This document shows, piece after piece, positions 11,950-23,693 of a DNA stretch of 64,000 nt (positions are counted from its first letter, which is position 1; every line of letters starts with the position of its first letter). Source of the stretch: Utricularia gibba (taxonomy: Eukaryota; Plantae; Magnoliophyta); NCBI GenBank assembly GCA_002189035.1, contig CM007991.1, forward strand, positions 434,001-498,000, in the 5' to 3' direction. The notes beneath the pieces were generated by a model. It did no database searches and had not been told where the DNA came from. It saw only the letters and a list, made by a program, of their open reading frames with translations. Made by a program: the position numbers and the translations under genes.

Positions 11950-14900
11950 ATGAGGGAGGATGGTATTGAGAATTGTGCACGGAAGAGGGATAAGGAGGAT
12001 TTAGAACCTGAGATTCCGAATAGAAACAACAACAAGAAGACGGCTGCAGCCGTCTGGAAAATTGAGGTTTAATTTGGATTCTGCTCGCCAAATGTTCATG
12101 TTTGTCTTTGATTTTGAATTCGGCTTTCTTTGTATTGTGCTGCAAACTTTTTTTGGTGGGTGTTGCGTGGTAATGCACTGTAGTTGTTGTATCTGATTAA
12201 ATGGTTTGAATGACTCTTGTGCATTTTTGTGGTCTGATTACTGACCTGGGCTCGTTCCCGGCAACAGAATTGTCTTTTGAGCTGGTATGTAATCTTGAGA
12301 AAAGCTGGCTGACGTTGGATATCTTTCTAAATTTCTTGCGTTTTGTTCCTTGCCTCTAGATTTTCTAGTGATTTAAGAAAGCCGATGATTTTTTTGAAGT
12401 ACTCTAGCTCATTTGATTTCCATGTTGCTTCAGTTGTCTGATGATTTCGTGGATATCTGGTTTGTTCATATTTACTAATTTCCTGTGTTCCTTTCATGTT
12501 GGTTCAGCGTCTGCCATGCTCTTGCAATGATAATCTTCCATCTGATTATGCAGGACTCACCCATTTTCAAATTTATCAATAATCTTTCACCCCTTAAACC
12601 AGTTGAGTGTACACGAGTTTCTCAGACGATCAATACACTATACTTGGCATCAATTCCGTCAGTTTTCAATTCACCCCAGATGAATTCTCAAAGGGATACA
12701 AGAATTCTACAAGGGTAATAAATGCACTTGTTTAGAAGATGTTTTGTTTGCTTGATCTCAACTATGGCAACATAGATTAAATGCTTCTTTCTCGTAGGCA
12801 TCAGCTCCCTGATCCATCAAAACCTGAATTCACATCAGATTTTGGGATTATGCTTCAGGAAAGTCAAGTAAACACCGATTGCTCTGAGCCATTGGAAGCA
12901 AAAGTAGAAGACCTCAAGGCCAAGGATTCTGCTGCGGAAGTAGCTGGTGAGCTATCTTTTGACTGCTTGAAGTTCGTGCTTGATCCTTCAGAAGATCCGA
13001 GTTACAATGATACTAGTCCTAGTTCCTGCTCTGTTCTTAAAGATGGAAAGCTGGAAAATTTTCCATTCAGTTCGCCAAGACTTGTGTCATGTGTACCAGA
13101 TTCATGTCAAGAGGTTCAATACGGAAGTGAAATGGATTTTGAATGGAAAAAAAGGGCTGATCAAAATGCAGAGGTCGCACCTTCTGAATTTGATTGTTTG
13201 ATTTCTGATGCCTTGAAATTTGAATCACCAAATGATGAGCATTCTTACAAGACATTAATGAACACGGAGTCAAATATCCACATGACTGTCGGAAATGGGA
13301 TCCAAAGAACTTGCTTAGCAGTCTCCACAGAGCAACTTGGTGAGGGCACTGAACATGACCCCTTATCTTCCCAGCCAGGAGAAGGAAGAGATTTTTGTGA
13401 TGCTCCTGAATTGATAACTGGTTCGCCAGCAAGAGATACCGCTGAAGAGCCAGATTGTGAGGTAAAATCTTCATTGAATACACAAACAGAACTCTTAGTG
13501 TATGTGAATTCCCTAGATAGTGGAAAACCACTATATATTGTAAACTGGAATGTCTGTTCAGTATTTAATTCTTTTTTCTCGTTGTCTAGCATCACTTTGG
13601 CTTGTGTCGTGGGATGAGACGACGCTGCCTGGTATTTGAGATGGGAACTGTAGGCAGAAAGAATTTAGAACAGAACTATGGCCCTGAATCATCGTTAATA
13701 TTACAGCCTGAAAACAGTGCTTTCTCGAAAGATCAGAGTCTAGTTCCCATGAAGGCTGAAAACAAGTCATCATGCCATCTACTATCAGGCATTGGTTTGC
13801 ATCTAAATGCTCTCGCTTCAACTCGAAATTTCTCCAGAATTGGCAGCTGTGATTCTTCAGCATCTCGACGTCTACTGATTGGAACCAGCTACTCTGTAAA
13901 TTTCCATTCTTCAATTAGAAATCAAGAACATCATGGCGATGTTTACAGAGCAGATCCTTTCCAGGAATCAGCATATGTTGCAACTGAAGATATGAATCAG
14001 AGTAGCTCAAAGAAGAAGAGGTATATATGGTTCTCCAGTTGCTCATATCTGTACATGATTTGGTTTTCTTCATGGGCTTGTCTAATATACTGCTGGGATT
14101 AAGGCGCAGGGCAGAATCATCTGAAGATGCTGATGGTTGTAAGCGCTGTAACTGCAAGAAATCAAAATGCCTAAAGCTGTATGCCTTTTTAATTTTCTTC
14201 TTATTTTTGTACCTTGTGATGATGTCTATGATGAATCTTAAATTTTGGCACAGATATTGTGAATGTTTTGCAGCTGGCGTGTACTGCATGGAGCTTTGCG
14301 CTTGTGTTGATTGCCACAATAAGCCTGCCCATGAAGGCACAGTCCTTTCAACTCGAAAGCAGATAGAATCTAGAAATCCTCTTGCCTTTGCTCCCAAAGT
14401 GATCCAGGGGTCTGATATACTTTCTGAAACAGGGGTTAGAGGCTATATTCCATGCCCTCTTTCGTGATATTCCATGTGTTTACAGTATTCTGTGTGCATG
14501 TTTCCACAGGATTACTATAGCAAGACACCTGCCTCTGCTCGACATAAACATGGATGCAACTGCAAAAAATCTGGTTGCCTGAAGAAGTATTGTGAATGCT
14601 ATCAGGTTTTATCCCTTTTCCTGTATGGCTTTGCCTTTTTCACTTAGCTTGAATACTTACCAAAGGATTGCGGCACCCTTGAAGAGTGGTGTTGGTTGCT
14701 CCTTTAACTGCAGATGTGAAGGTTGCAAGAATGCGTTTGGTAGGAAGAACGGTGAGTTTCAATCATGAACCTCAACATCCACACTGAAACCTGAATCCAT
14801 TCGAGCGTCTTGAATCAGGATCGCTTGTCAGCACGGAAGCTGAAGCTGAAGTCGGTGAAATGGATGCAAGTGACGTGAGTAAATTTGATGGAACTTCCCA

Positions 14901-15332
14901 TGAACCGCTGCTCGCTACTCCTGCAACGCCTCAAAGGAACAAAAGGCATGCAATCAATATTAGCAAGCACCTATTGCTCAACGCAGCACATTTTGCATCT
15001 AATTTTGAATCCTCGCTTGCTTTCCTTTTCGCATCAGGCACTTACTTCAGCTCCAGTTTTCTACCATGAAAAGACCTCCGAGAGCGTCTTTTTCTTCGAT
15101 CATCACCAGGAACATACATGATAAACCAAGCTTCCAACCACCACCAAACTTTGATCAACACTTGGAAACTGTGAAGGGAGATGAAACATCATCTCCAAGC
15201 TGTGTTGTGAAATCCTTGTCCCCAAATGGGAAAAGGGTGTCACCCCCTCACACCACAACAGCCCTCAGGAATAGCAGAAGGTTGATACTCCAAAGCATAC
15301 CATCGTTCCCTTCACTCACTCAAAACCAGTGA
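11950..15332 (+). CDS. TSO1: TSO1/TCX (tesmin/LIN54-like, CRC/CXC-hinge-CXC) transcription factor, about 10 exons
   Basis: Exon 1 11950-12066 joins to KIE|[16 protein letters not shown]; [11 protein letters not shown]; CXC1 [25 protein letters not shown]; RNPLAFAPK hinge; CXC2 [22 protein letters not shown]; C-terminal [13 protein letters not shown]. Exact paralogue (TSO1/SOL1/SOL2) is not resolved. Confidence 0.9.
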
Positions 15333-16250
15333 AGCCATTACTGCAACTCCAGGTATGTAAGACGTGTTGTTCAAGTCTTGTACTGGAAAAATAATGCTAA
15401 TATGTTGGATGGACTGCTTTGTATGCGTTATATTTATGGGAATCATCAGCTTTGTTGCATACACTACATGCAGGATTCATTACTCAAACAAAGCAGTGGA
15501 GAATCATGAAACGAGAAGACTGCTGCTCAATATTCTTATGCATCACAAATGTCTTCGCATTCTATTCATTAGCCCCCATGTGCATCCAAAAGACAACAAA
15601 TGTATACCAGCTTGTTTGATTGGAAGTTTCAAAAAAAATTAAAATTTATTAAAATAATTTTTCTGAAAAGACATTTTTATGAATTAGTTTATCATTAAAT
15701 TGTAAAGAACCATGGGATGAGGGAGGCTCCACTGTCACTTCTCACTAGTCACTGATATTGATGTGCACCAAACTCTTTGAATGCATCTGCAGATTCCAAG
15801 AGTATAATAATATTCCCTGAGGAGTCACTGTACGGGAGCTTTGGAATGACACATGCATTTCATCCTCACGCTCCTACACTGCTGCCTTTGCCCATTTCCA
15901 GGTGTGTTAGCTGTGGTTTCATCGCTTTGAATTCCACCCCCGCCTCGAAGTGGAGCTTTTTGTTTGATTGATTAAAGAAATCTTGTCTGGTTTTGGTTGT
16001 AAAGCGCGAGTGTGGTGGAGAGTCGGCGGTCAAAGAAGGAATGCGGCCGAATGCTTTTAGCGATGCTGGGGTGTGGTAATGGCGAAAAGCAGATCCTTTG
16101 TTGAAGCTGACAGCACAGATGAAAGTCACTTTTCTCAGGCGGGAGGGACGGAGGGACATCCATCATCTTTACTCGAGTCACGCACGCAGTTATTTGACTT
16201 GGACTCCCGTTCCCCAGATTTTGAGTACATTTTTTTCACTCCTCCGTTCG

Positions 16251-16639
16251 ATGGGTGGGCGCCGCCGTCTCTCCCTCTTCCTGTCCACCGTCGGATTCCT
16301 TCTTTCCCTTGCTCTTCTTCTCTGCCCCTCCGCTTCAGCTTCGGGCTTCACCCAATTCAGTAAGTGTCACTCTGATTAGCAGCAGAGACTCTACTACTAA
16401 CTGTGCTTCTAACCAAATGTGCTGCTTTGGTGTTAGGATTAGGAGTTGGGAAGCTGGGGAGGGTGAAGGCAAAGCTGAGTTCTCTGGGGTCGTGGCCGCC
16501 GTCGTGCAGATCCAAATGCGGCCGCTGCAATCCCTGTGACCCGGTACACGTACCAATCCAACCAGGGAGGAGTCTGCCTCTGGAGTACTATCCAGAGGCC
16601 TGGAGATGCAAGTGCGGAGACAAGCTCTTCATTCCCTAA
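16251..16639 (+). CDS. EPFL4: EPIDERMAL PATTERNING FACTOR-like secreted Cys-rich peptide, EPFL4/EPFL5 (CHALLAH-like) clade
   Basis: Exon 1 16251-16359 (signal peptide), phase-1 intron 16360-16436, exon 2 to 16639 with six Cys: GSWPPSCRSKCGRCNPCDPVHVPIQPG...EYYPEAWRCKCGDKLFIP. Confidence 0.93.
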
Positions 16640-17458
16640 ACACAACAACAACAACAAGAAACTAAAAAACTCTCCTTCTGTGAGTAGCAAAAACATTCCA
16701 TTAGGTGCAGGCAGCTCTTCTTCTTTTCAGTGGTGGTCACTTGGAGTAGAGTGGAGTGTTTTTCTTTTTTTTTTTTTTATCATTTCTCCTTTAATTAACT
16801 ATTAATATAATGAATTTGACACATTTTAAATCAGGATTTTAAAATTATTTAAAAAATCACAAATCCACTTCGTTCATGATCCTAAATGGTGCATGCAATC
16901 ATGATTATGTCAAATTTAATACAATTCATGGTTGTTACCTAGCATATACGTGTGTGGGTGAGTGAATTCTTAGATTCGGATTCAGGTGCGTCAATTTGTG
17001 ATTTGAAAAATTATGAGTATTTTAAAGCAATTTTAATTTATAATATTTAAATTATATTAAATTCTTTTTAAAAATATTCATTCAAATAAATAATTTTTTT
17101 ATCAAAAATTAAACATTCATAAAAAATCAATAAAAATTAAAGTGATAACCGATGAAACATGATCGTTCAACTTCGAATATATGGAACAACAATGACATGA
17201 ATAATGATCATGTACAAAAATATGAAAAAACCAACTATCAAGTAAATAAATTAGTATTTTCATGAGTTAATTAAATGAATAAATATTTTATTATTAAAAT
17301 TAATAATTAAAAATATTTAAATATTAATAACTTATGTTTTTTAGGGTTAAGGGTTCATGACAATTCAAATTTAATACATAACCAATTGACATATGAATGG
17401 TTTTGGAATAAAAAGAAACAACAAACGTCCGAACGAAAAGCAGCCAGAAGGATACATG

Positions 17459-19686
17459 CTACAAGCTGAGGGTGTTTCGACTCTTGTCTGCTATAATGCC
17501 CAGCAGCCTCCCAACTCCTTGTGTCCAAACCTCGTACTCTAACTGGCTCGGGCACTCGAATTCGATGACGCCTCGCTCCACCGTCCTCAGACCAAAGTAG
17601 CCCCGGTCGTCGCTGCCATCTAGCAGGTGGCGCCCCGGCCATGCCGGAATGTCTTTCATCACCTCCAACACCACAGCTGAGAATGCAGACTCAGGCCACA
17701 GTGGATTGCTTGATCTTGGGAAAAGGGGGAATGTGGAAATGGGAAATGGAACTCACTCTTTTTCTTTTTGGTGACGGTCCCTGCGACGTGTTTGCTCTTC
17801 ATTTTCAGTATCACCTGCCAAGAAGAATGAAGAAGGTGATTGCTTTGTGTGATTTAATGAAGCAGATAAACAGGATTCACCTGCCCAAATCTGTTTATGT
17901 AAACAGATACGATTTTGCAATGGAGATCGCCTGCAATCATTGTTCACTAAGATGTATTACTGATACGAAAAGATTAAGGAAACTTGAGCTGGCGCTTGTT
18001 CATGGTTACCTTTTCGTGTTCTCTTCAGGAGCTCACGGTTGCATATTCCAAGAGAGTGTTTATCAGGGGAAATCTCACCGGCGATGGTGGGGGGTTCGCT
18101 GCCACCGATCCCCTTGTCTACCGGAATCACGGCGGCGATGTTCCATACATCCTTTGATGTCCTGGCCTTCAAGGTGGCGGCGGCACGCAGAGCTGTAGTA
18201 TTAATGGGGAATATTCAAGTTGATGATTGTTCGACTATTGAATCGAAAAGCGGCGTTAATGATACCTGTAGCGGCAGCAGCAGTGAGCGTGATGATGTCG
18301 CCGGCCGATCGGGCATTCACGGCTGAACTTACTAAAAAAGTCAAGTGCTCACGCTCCGCTCCCATGGATTCCGCCGCCTCCACGCACTGGGCCGCCACTA
18401 ACGTCGCGGCGGAAGCCACTGCAGAATCAATCGTAGCCCTCTGTTCGTTCCTTCCCGACCCCGAGGAAGCAGCTGCGGCGGCAGCGGCAATGGCCGCCAC
18501 CGCGGAGGCTACTGCTGCAACGGAAACCGCTGCATGGAGCTGCGCGTTATGTGCCCTTTCTTCCCCCTTCTTCTTCTGGATACGATCCTTAATCCACCGA
18601 CCAACAGTCTTGACTCCCCCGCCGTCCCGACGGAACCAAATGGCGTGATCTGAGCACCCGTCGTGGATTCTAACTGCAATCAAAAACTCAAAATGAAGAG
18701 AATCAAAAAACCAGAAAAGGTGGGCGCACTTCATAAATCCAAGCAGGTAAATTTGATGAAACTTGCCCACATTTGGATCAAATTAAAGTAGACAACAATG
18801 AAACCCTTTTCCCGTCACTCCATGATTACAACCGGTGGGTGACATTTATTCCATCCAACAGCCGGCAGGGCCATGAAAAGATAAATGTAGAAGAGGAAAA
18901 GAAAACCTCCATTTAAAGAAACGTGCTCAATAGAAAAGTTCGGATAAAGAGATAGACCTTTGGAGAAAAAGAAGAAGAAACCTTGGAATACTGAATGGCC
19001 GATGGGGAAACCGGTGGGCTGTCCGAGATGGAGGCACTGTAGCTGCGCGAAGGCCGACCAGAACTTGGGGAGACATATTGTGCTGCCACCAACGAAGACA
19101 ATGGGTTAAAAAAAAAGACAATAATAATGGCTGCCGGTGGGACTTCAACAAGTTCTCCTTTTGGCAGGAAAAGCGGTTCTTTTCTTCACAAAGATCAAAT
19201 AAACGTAAGAAAATTAGAAGAACAGGGGATCAGGTGATGTATTCAACATCTTCTAATGAGTATTGCATCCCAAGAAGAAACGCATTGATCCCTGCAAAGT
19301 GGAAAGAGACTAGAGAGAAGGAAATAGCGATTCAGACGCTGTAGACAAGAGACAAAAATAGCGAATCCACCGAGAAAGAGCTCCGTGAGTCAACTGGTAA
19401 TGCACCCAGATGGGAAATTTGTATTTTAAACAACTCACAGATTGAGACATGATCCGCTCCATAACCAGCATAGAAGAAGTCATGGAGGGCAGACAGGAAC
19501 AGGAATCATCCCCCGCGGCGGAAATTTGTATTTCCGCCGCCTCTGTCTCGGTGTTGAGTTGAGGGCTAAGCCAATAGTCGTGGATATTTCACGAGCGAAG
19601 TGACTCCAAGATCGGCAAAGAAACTCCATGGGGTCACGTGGAGTCTCCGGCGGCCGGGAAAGGGGGCCAATATGAAGCCTCTCCAT
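17459..19686 (-). CDS. FKD1: FORKED1/VAN3-binding protein (DUF828 + plant PH-like domain); three apparent 1-nt frameshifts in this sequence
   Basis: [47 protein letters not shown]...[30 protein letters not shown] part [20 protein letters not shown]...AWPGRHLL...YEVWTQGV. Conserved blocks lie in different frames at 19563-19565, 19067-19070 and 18616-18620. Exact paralogue (FKD1/FL1-3) is not resolved. Confidence 0.9.
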
Positions 19687-20739
19687 CGGAATATCTTCTG
19701 CAAATGAACTGAAGCCGACTTGCCTATTTAAAGCACTGGGGCTGGTGCCTGGTGGAGACGTGGGGGAGCGAAGGAAGCGAGATCGTCGACCCGTGTGGAT
19801 ACCAAGGGGCAACTGGAAGACAATAAATGCAAAGCATCAATACAAGAAACACGCTCTCTCTCCAGCAACAGAAAATAGTTCAAAAAGACGAAGACGAAGA
19901 CGAGACGGCCCACGTGTCAGAAAACCGATGGAAATCCTCCCCGACGCAGACAGAGTTCGAGCTTCGTGCGCATTTCCCCGATTCGTTCCTCTTCACGCCT
20001 CAGCCCGCCGGAATTGGATGGTGACTACTGCAAAATAAACAATTTTCTGAATTTTAATTTACTTGATATCAAATATAATAAATTTAATTTAGAGAAAAAT
20101 AAACAATTTTGCAAATAAATACATTTTGTAGACAATAAATTTAAATAGGAATTAATTATCATATATTAAATATACAATTTTAGAATTAAAGTAACTATAA
20201 TATTATTAAGATATCTGATAAGTGATAACTATACTTTCTTTCATTTATTCATTGAAGTTATTTGATTTAATTTCTATAAATTTTAATTTCTATTTTCATA
20301 GTAAAATAAAAAATTCAGATTTGAAATTAATTAAAAAGTTCTTAAATTTCTATTTTAGCAATTAAGTAAAATGTTATTGTACAAATTATACTATTTATTT
20401 TTTCATATTTTAAAAATATATTATTATTATTATATTAAATTTTATAATAATTTAATTTACTATATTAAATCTTATAATATTAAAACAAAATCTATTTATA
20501 AAATATTAAAATTAATTCTATTTCATATAATGCGAAACAAAGATTTGAAAACTAAGCTACCTCAAATGACCCCACGATTCCTGGAGTTGTTGAGACTCGT
20601 TTCTCAGAAAATGAGTAGGTTTTGCCATGTCTTCACTCCTACTTCTTTGTTTATTCGAAGGCTCTTGTTCTTCTTCTTGTCTGAAAATCTTAGTTCGCTT
20701 TTCACCACCTCTTCATTATTCATTCCCTGAGGCAAGGAA

Positions 20740-22508
20740 ATGCGGAGATGGCAGAAGACAAGAACTCCCCTAATTGCGCTTCTTTTCTTCGTGTTCATAG
20801 CTTTCACAATTTTGTACAATGAGTCGAAAATTGAAGAGCGGCTGACTCCGAGTGAAGACGATGATGAGGGGGAGGGAGCTACTTTCCCCATATCAGGTTC
20901 TTTACTCGAGTATCCACCAACCCAGAATTTGAATTTTTCTAGTAAATCTGAAGGTCAGATTTCTGCACATTTTGGGATTTTCTCACTTTAAATGCCCAAC
21001 TTTCTTGCTTAGTATTGCTTTGTTTCTTGCAGCCCGTCTCGATAAGTTCTCTACTTGCGTGAAGACAGTGGGTTATTCCGGAAGAAAACATGCTTTTCAA
21101 CTTTCCGGAGGTGAAACTAGTGATCACCGGCGAGCCATGGATGCCGTTGAAGACTGTGATTTGTTTTCTGGAAGGTGGGTATTTGATAATACCTCATACC
21201 CATTGTATAACGAATCGGATTGTCCATATATGTCCGATCAGTTGGCTTGCCACAAGCATGGAAGACCTGATATGGCCTACCAATTTCAGAGGTGGCAGCC
21301 ATACAACTGCAATCTGAAGAGGTGGGCTGTAAATTGCTTTTTATTATTAATCTCCGATTTTCTTGTAGAAGATGTGTTTGCCATGTTGTCTGCTACATGG
21401 GATTTTAAAAGTTTTACTGCCAGTAGATGGAATGCAGTAGAGATGTGGGAGAGTTTAAGGGGGAAAAGAATGATGTTCGTCGGGGATTCCTTGAACAGAG
21501 GCCAGTGGATATCAATGCTTTGCTTATTGCAGGCCGCGATTCCACGGGATAAGCAGTCTATCACCCCTAACTCCCAACTGACCATTTTTAGAGCTGAGGT
21601 AAAAACAGTTGATTAATTCGCTGCTCTTCTTCTAGTATATGTTTGTTGTTCATGTGTTTATTGATACGATCTACTGTGAAGACTTACAATGCCACAATTG
21701 AGTTCCTCTGGGCACCCCTTCTCGTTGAATCGAACTGTGATGATCCGGTTGATCACCGGCTTAGTGAAAGAATACTTAGTCCAAATGCAATCACGAATCA
21801 TTCAGCAATATGGGAACAGGCTGACATACTGGTTTTCAATTCATATCTTTGGTGGAGAGAGGGACCAGTTAAGCTGTTGTGAGTATAATCCTTTTGTTCT
21901 TAGAGATCGTGTGAATCAGAACATAACCTTTCATGCACTTATTTTTCAGATGGAGGGATGAAAAGAACAACGTTTGTGAAGAGATTGATGGGAGTAAAGG
22001 CATGGAACTAGCGATAGAATCATGGGCCAGTTGGGTTGATTCTAGAGTTGACCCTTTAAAGAAGAAAGTCTTCTTCGTTGCAATGTCACCTACACATCAA
22101 TTGTGAGCCTCCTTCTCTATAAAGCGTACAGCATCCTCTTTTGTTCTAAACTCTATTTTTCTCTCAATCCGGAACAGGAAGGATGAATGGGAACCTGGAA
22201 GTGAAGGCAACTGTTACAATGAAACAGAGCCCATAAACAACGCCAGCTACTGGGGTTCAGGCTCAGATCTGTCCACAATGCTGATGATGGATAACATTTT
22301 GAGCCGACTGAAAACCAAGGTTTCAGTTATCAACATTACTCAACTCTCTGAGTACAGAAAAGATGGGCATCCCTCAATTTATCGCAAGTTCTGGGAGCAG
22401 CTGAGCCCTGAAACATTGGCGAATCCTCCTAGTTATTCTGATTGCATTCATTGGTGCTTGCCTGGGGTGCCTGATATTTGGAATCAGCTGCTTTTCCAGT
22501 TACTGTGA
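20740..22508 (+). CDS. TBL35: TRICHOME BIREFRINGENCE-LIKE xylan O-acetyltransferase, TBL35-like, 6 exons
   Basis: Type II TM anchor, [23 protein letters not shown] (GDS motif), [11 protein letters not shown] and [12 protein letters not shown] (DxxH). All introns are GT-AG and in phase. LDKFSTC..YSGRK resembles TBL35. Confidence 0.92.
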
Positions 22509-22609
22509 CCCCCAAAAATCAAAATGTTTGAAGTCCTTATTCAGACATTGGAAAACTCGAGCCTTTTTTGTTACCATTTCATGTATTTGGAGAAAAGCAA
22601 GAGGAGTTC

Positions 22610-22990
22610 TTACAGTTTAAGGGTAGTATCAGGCTCATAAATAGCCTTCAAGTCATCATCTTTCATCCCCAAAACTTTCCCTGATTTCCTCCAAACTTCG
22701 CCATCGCCCTCCACATGCCAACCAGCCTCCTCGCAAAGAGCCATGAGGAGATCATTAGAATCAGCATTCTTTGGAAGCTTGTAGTTTCCATGAGCCCTGA
22801 GTCCAGCAAAGATGTTATGCGCCACAGAGCGCCGCCTCCACTCCCTGTTTTTGTTCATCAGCCGCTCTCTCTCCGACAAGAATCGATACTTGATCATGAT
22901 GCCGCCGTCTCTAGTTCTCCTGCGTACCAGCCATGGCCCCTTGCTGCCTTTGATGCACCCTCGTAGCAAGCATTCTTCCCTGCCTTCCAT
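22610..22990 (-). CDS. Short (126 aa) BES1/BZR1-family protein consisting essentially of the BES1_N DNA-binding domain
   Basis: ATG 22990. [58 protein letters not shown] is the BES1_N signature. Stop at 22610, only 101 bp from the TBL35 stop on the other strand. Confidence 0.85.
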   Translation of the reverse strand: MEGREECLLRGCIKGSKGPWLVRRRTRDGGIMIKYRFLSERERLMNKNREWRRRSVAHNIFAGLRAHGNYKLPKNADSNDLLMALCEEAGWHVEGDGEVWRKSGKVLGMKDDDLKAIYEPDTTLKL

Positions 22991-23693
22991 GAACTCCCCA
23001 CAGTTCAACAATACGTATAAACCAACCATCTACTCCCTTTAAAGGAAAAAGGAAGCCAGACAAGTACGTACTACCTCCCTGATCCTACTGCAAAGAGGCG
23101 GTTTCCCTTAAAAGAAAGAAATGAACATGTACTGCATGCATTATTCCTTCTGCTTTCGAGCACTCTGGTTACACAAGTGCCGAGATTCACTCTTGGGGAA
23201 AGGAACACCATATTCTCTGGTAAAGGACTGTGCACAAAGTACCCCTTTTGAGTAGAATATTCGTAGACCTGAAGAAGACAGAAACATATGCACAAACAGA
23301 GAGTAACTACGCAGTTTATCTCAAGCCGATGTATTCCTCTTCCTCTCAATCTCTCTTAATCCCAATTGAATCGTTTTGAAACACGAACTATGATATAAAC
23401 TTGATTAAATTTAAACTATTTTAAGATTAATAAAAATAAATTACGATCTGATCATACTTTAATTATAATTTAATGCTTTTTATAATAAAAATATTTAAAA
23501 ATCATTAATTCTAGTTTAATAATTACTCACAAATTTTTGTTGGAGTGAAAAAAAAGCAGAGAAAATTAATACTTTTATTATCACAAATAATAGGAAAAGT
23601 TGAGCACGTGCTTAAAAATTGAATAGACGAATAAAAAAACAAAGAACTGAGTAGAGCAAAGGCATACTGGGTGATTCTTGAGAGATTTGGTGC

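Noticed and set aside
16102-16122. TGAAGCTGACAGCACAGATGA resembles miR167 (13 of the first 14 nt)
   Set aside because: The 3' third diverges and I find no complementary star arm or hairpin nearby.
16145-16250. GGGACGGAGGGA resembles a Stowaway MITE terminal repeat; partial complement CTCCTCCGTTC near 16239
   Set aside because: The partner is downstream (wrong orientation for a MITE), there is no TA target duplication, and the match is short.
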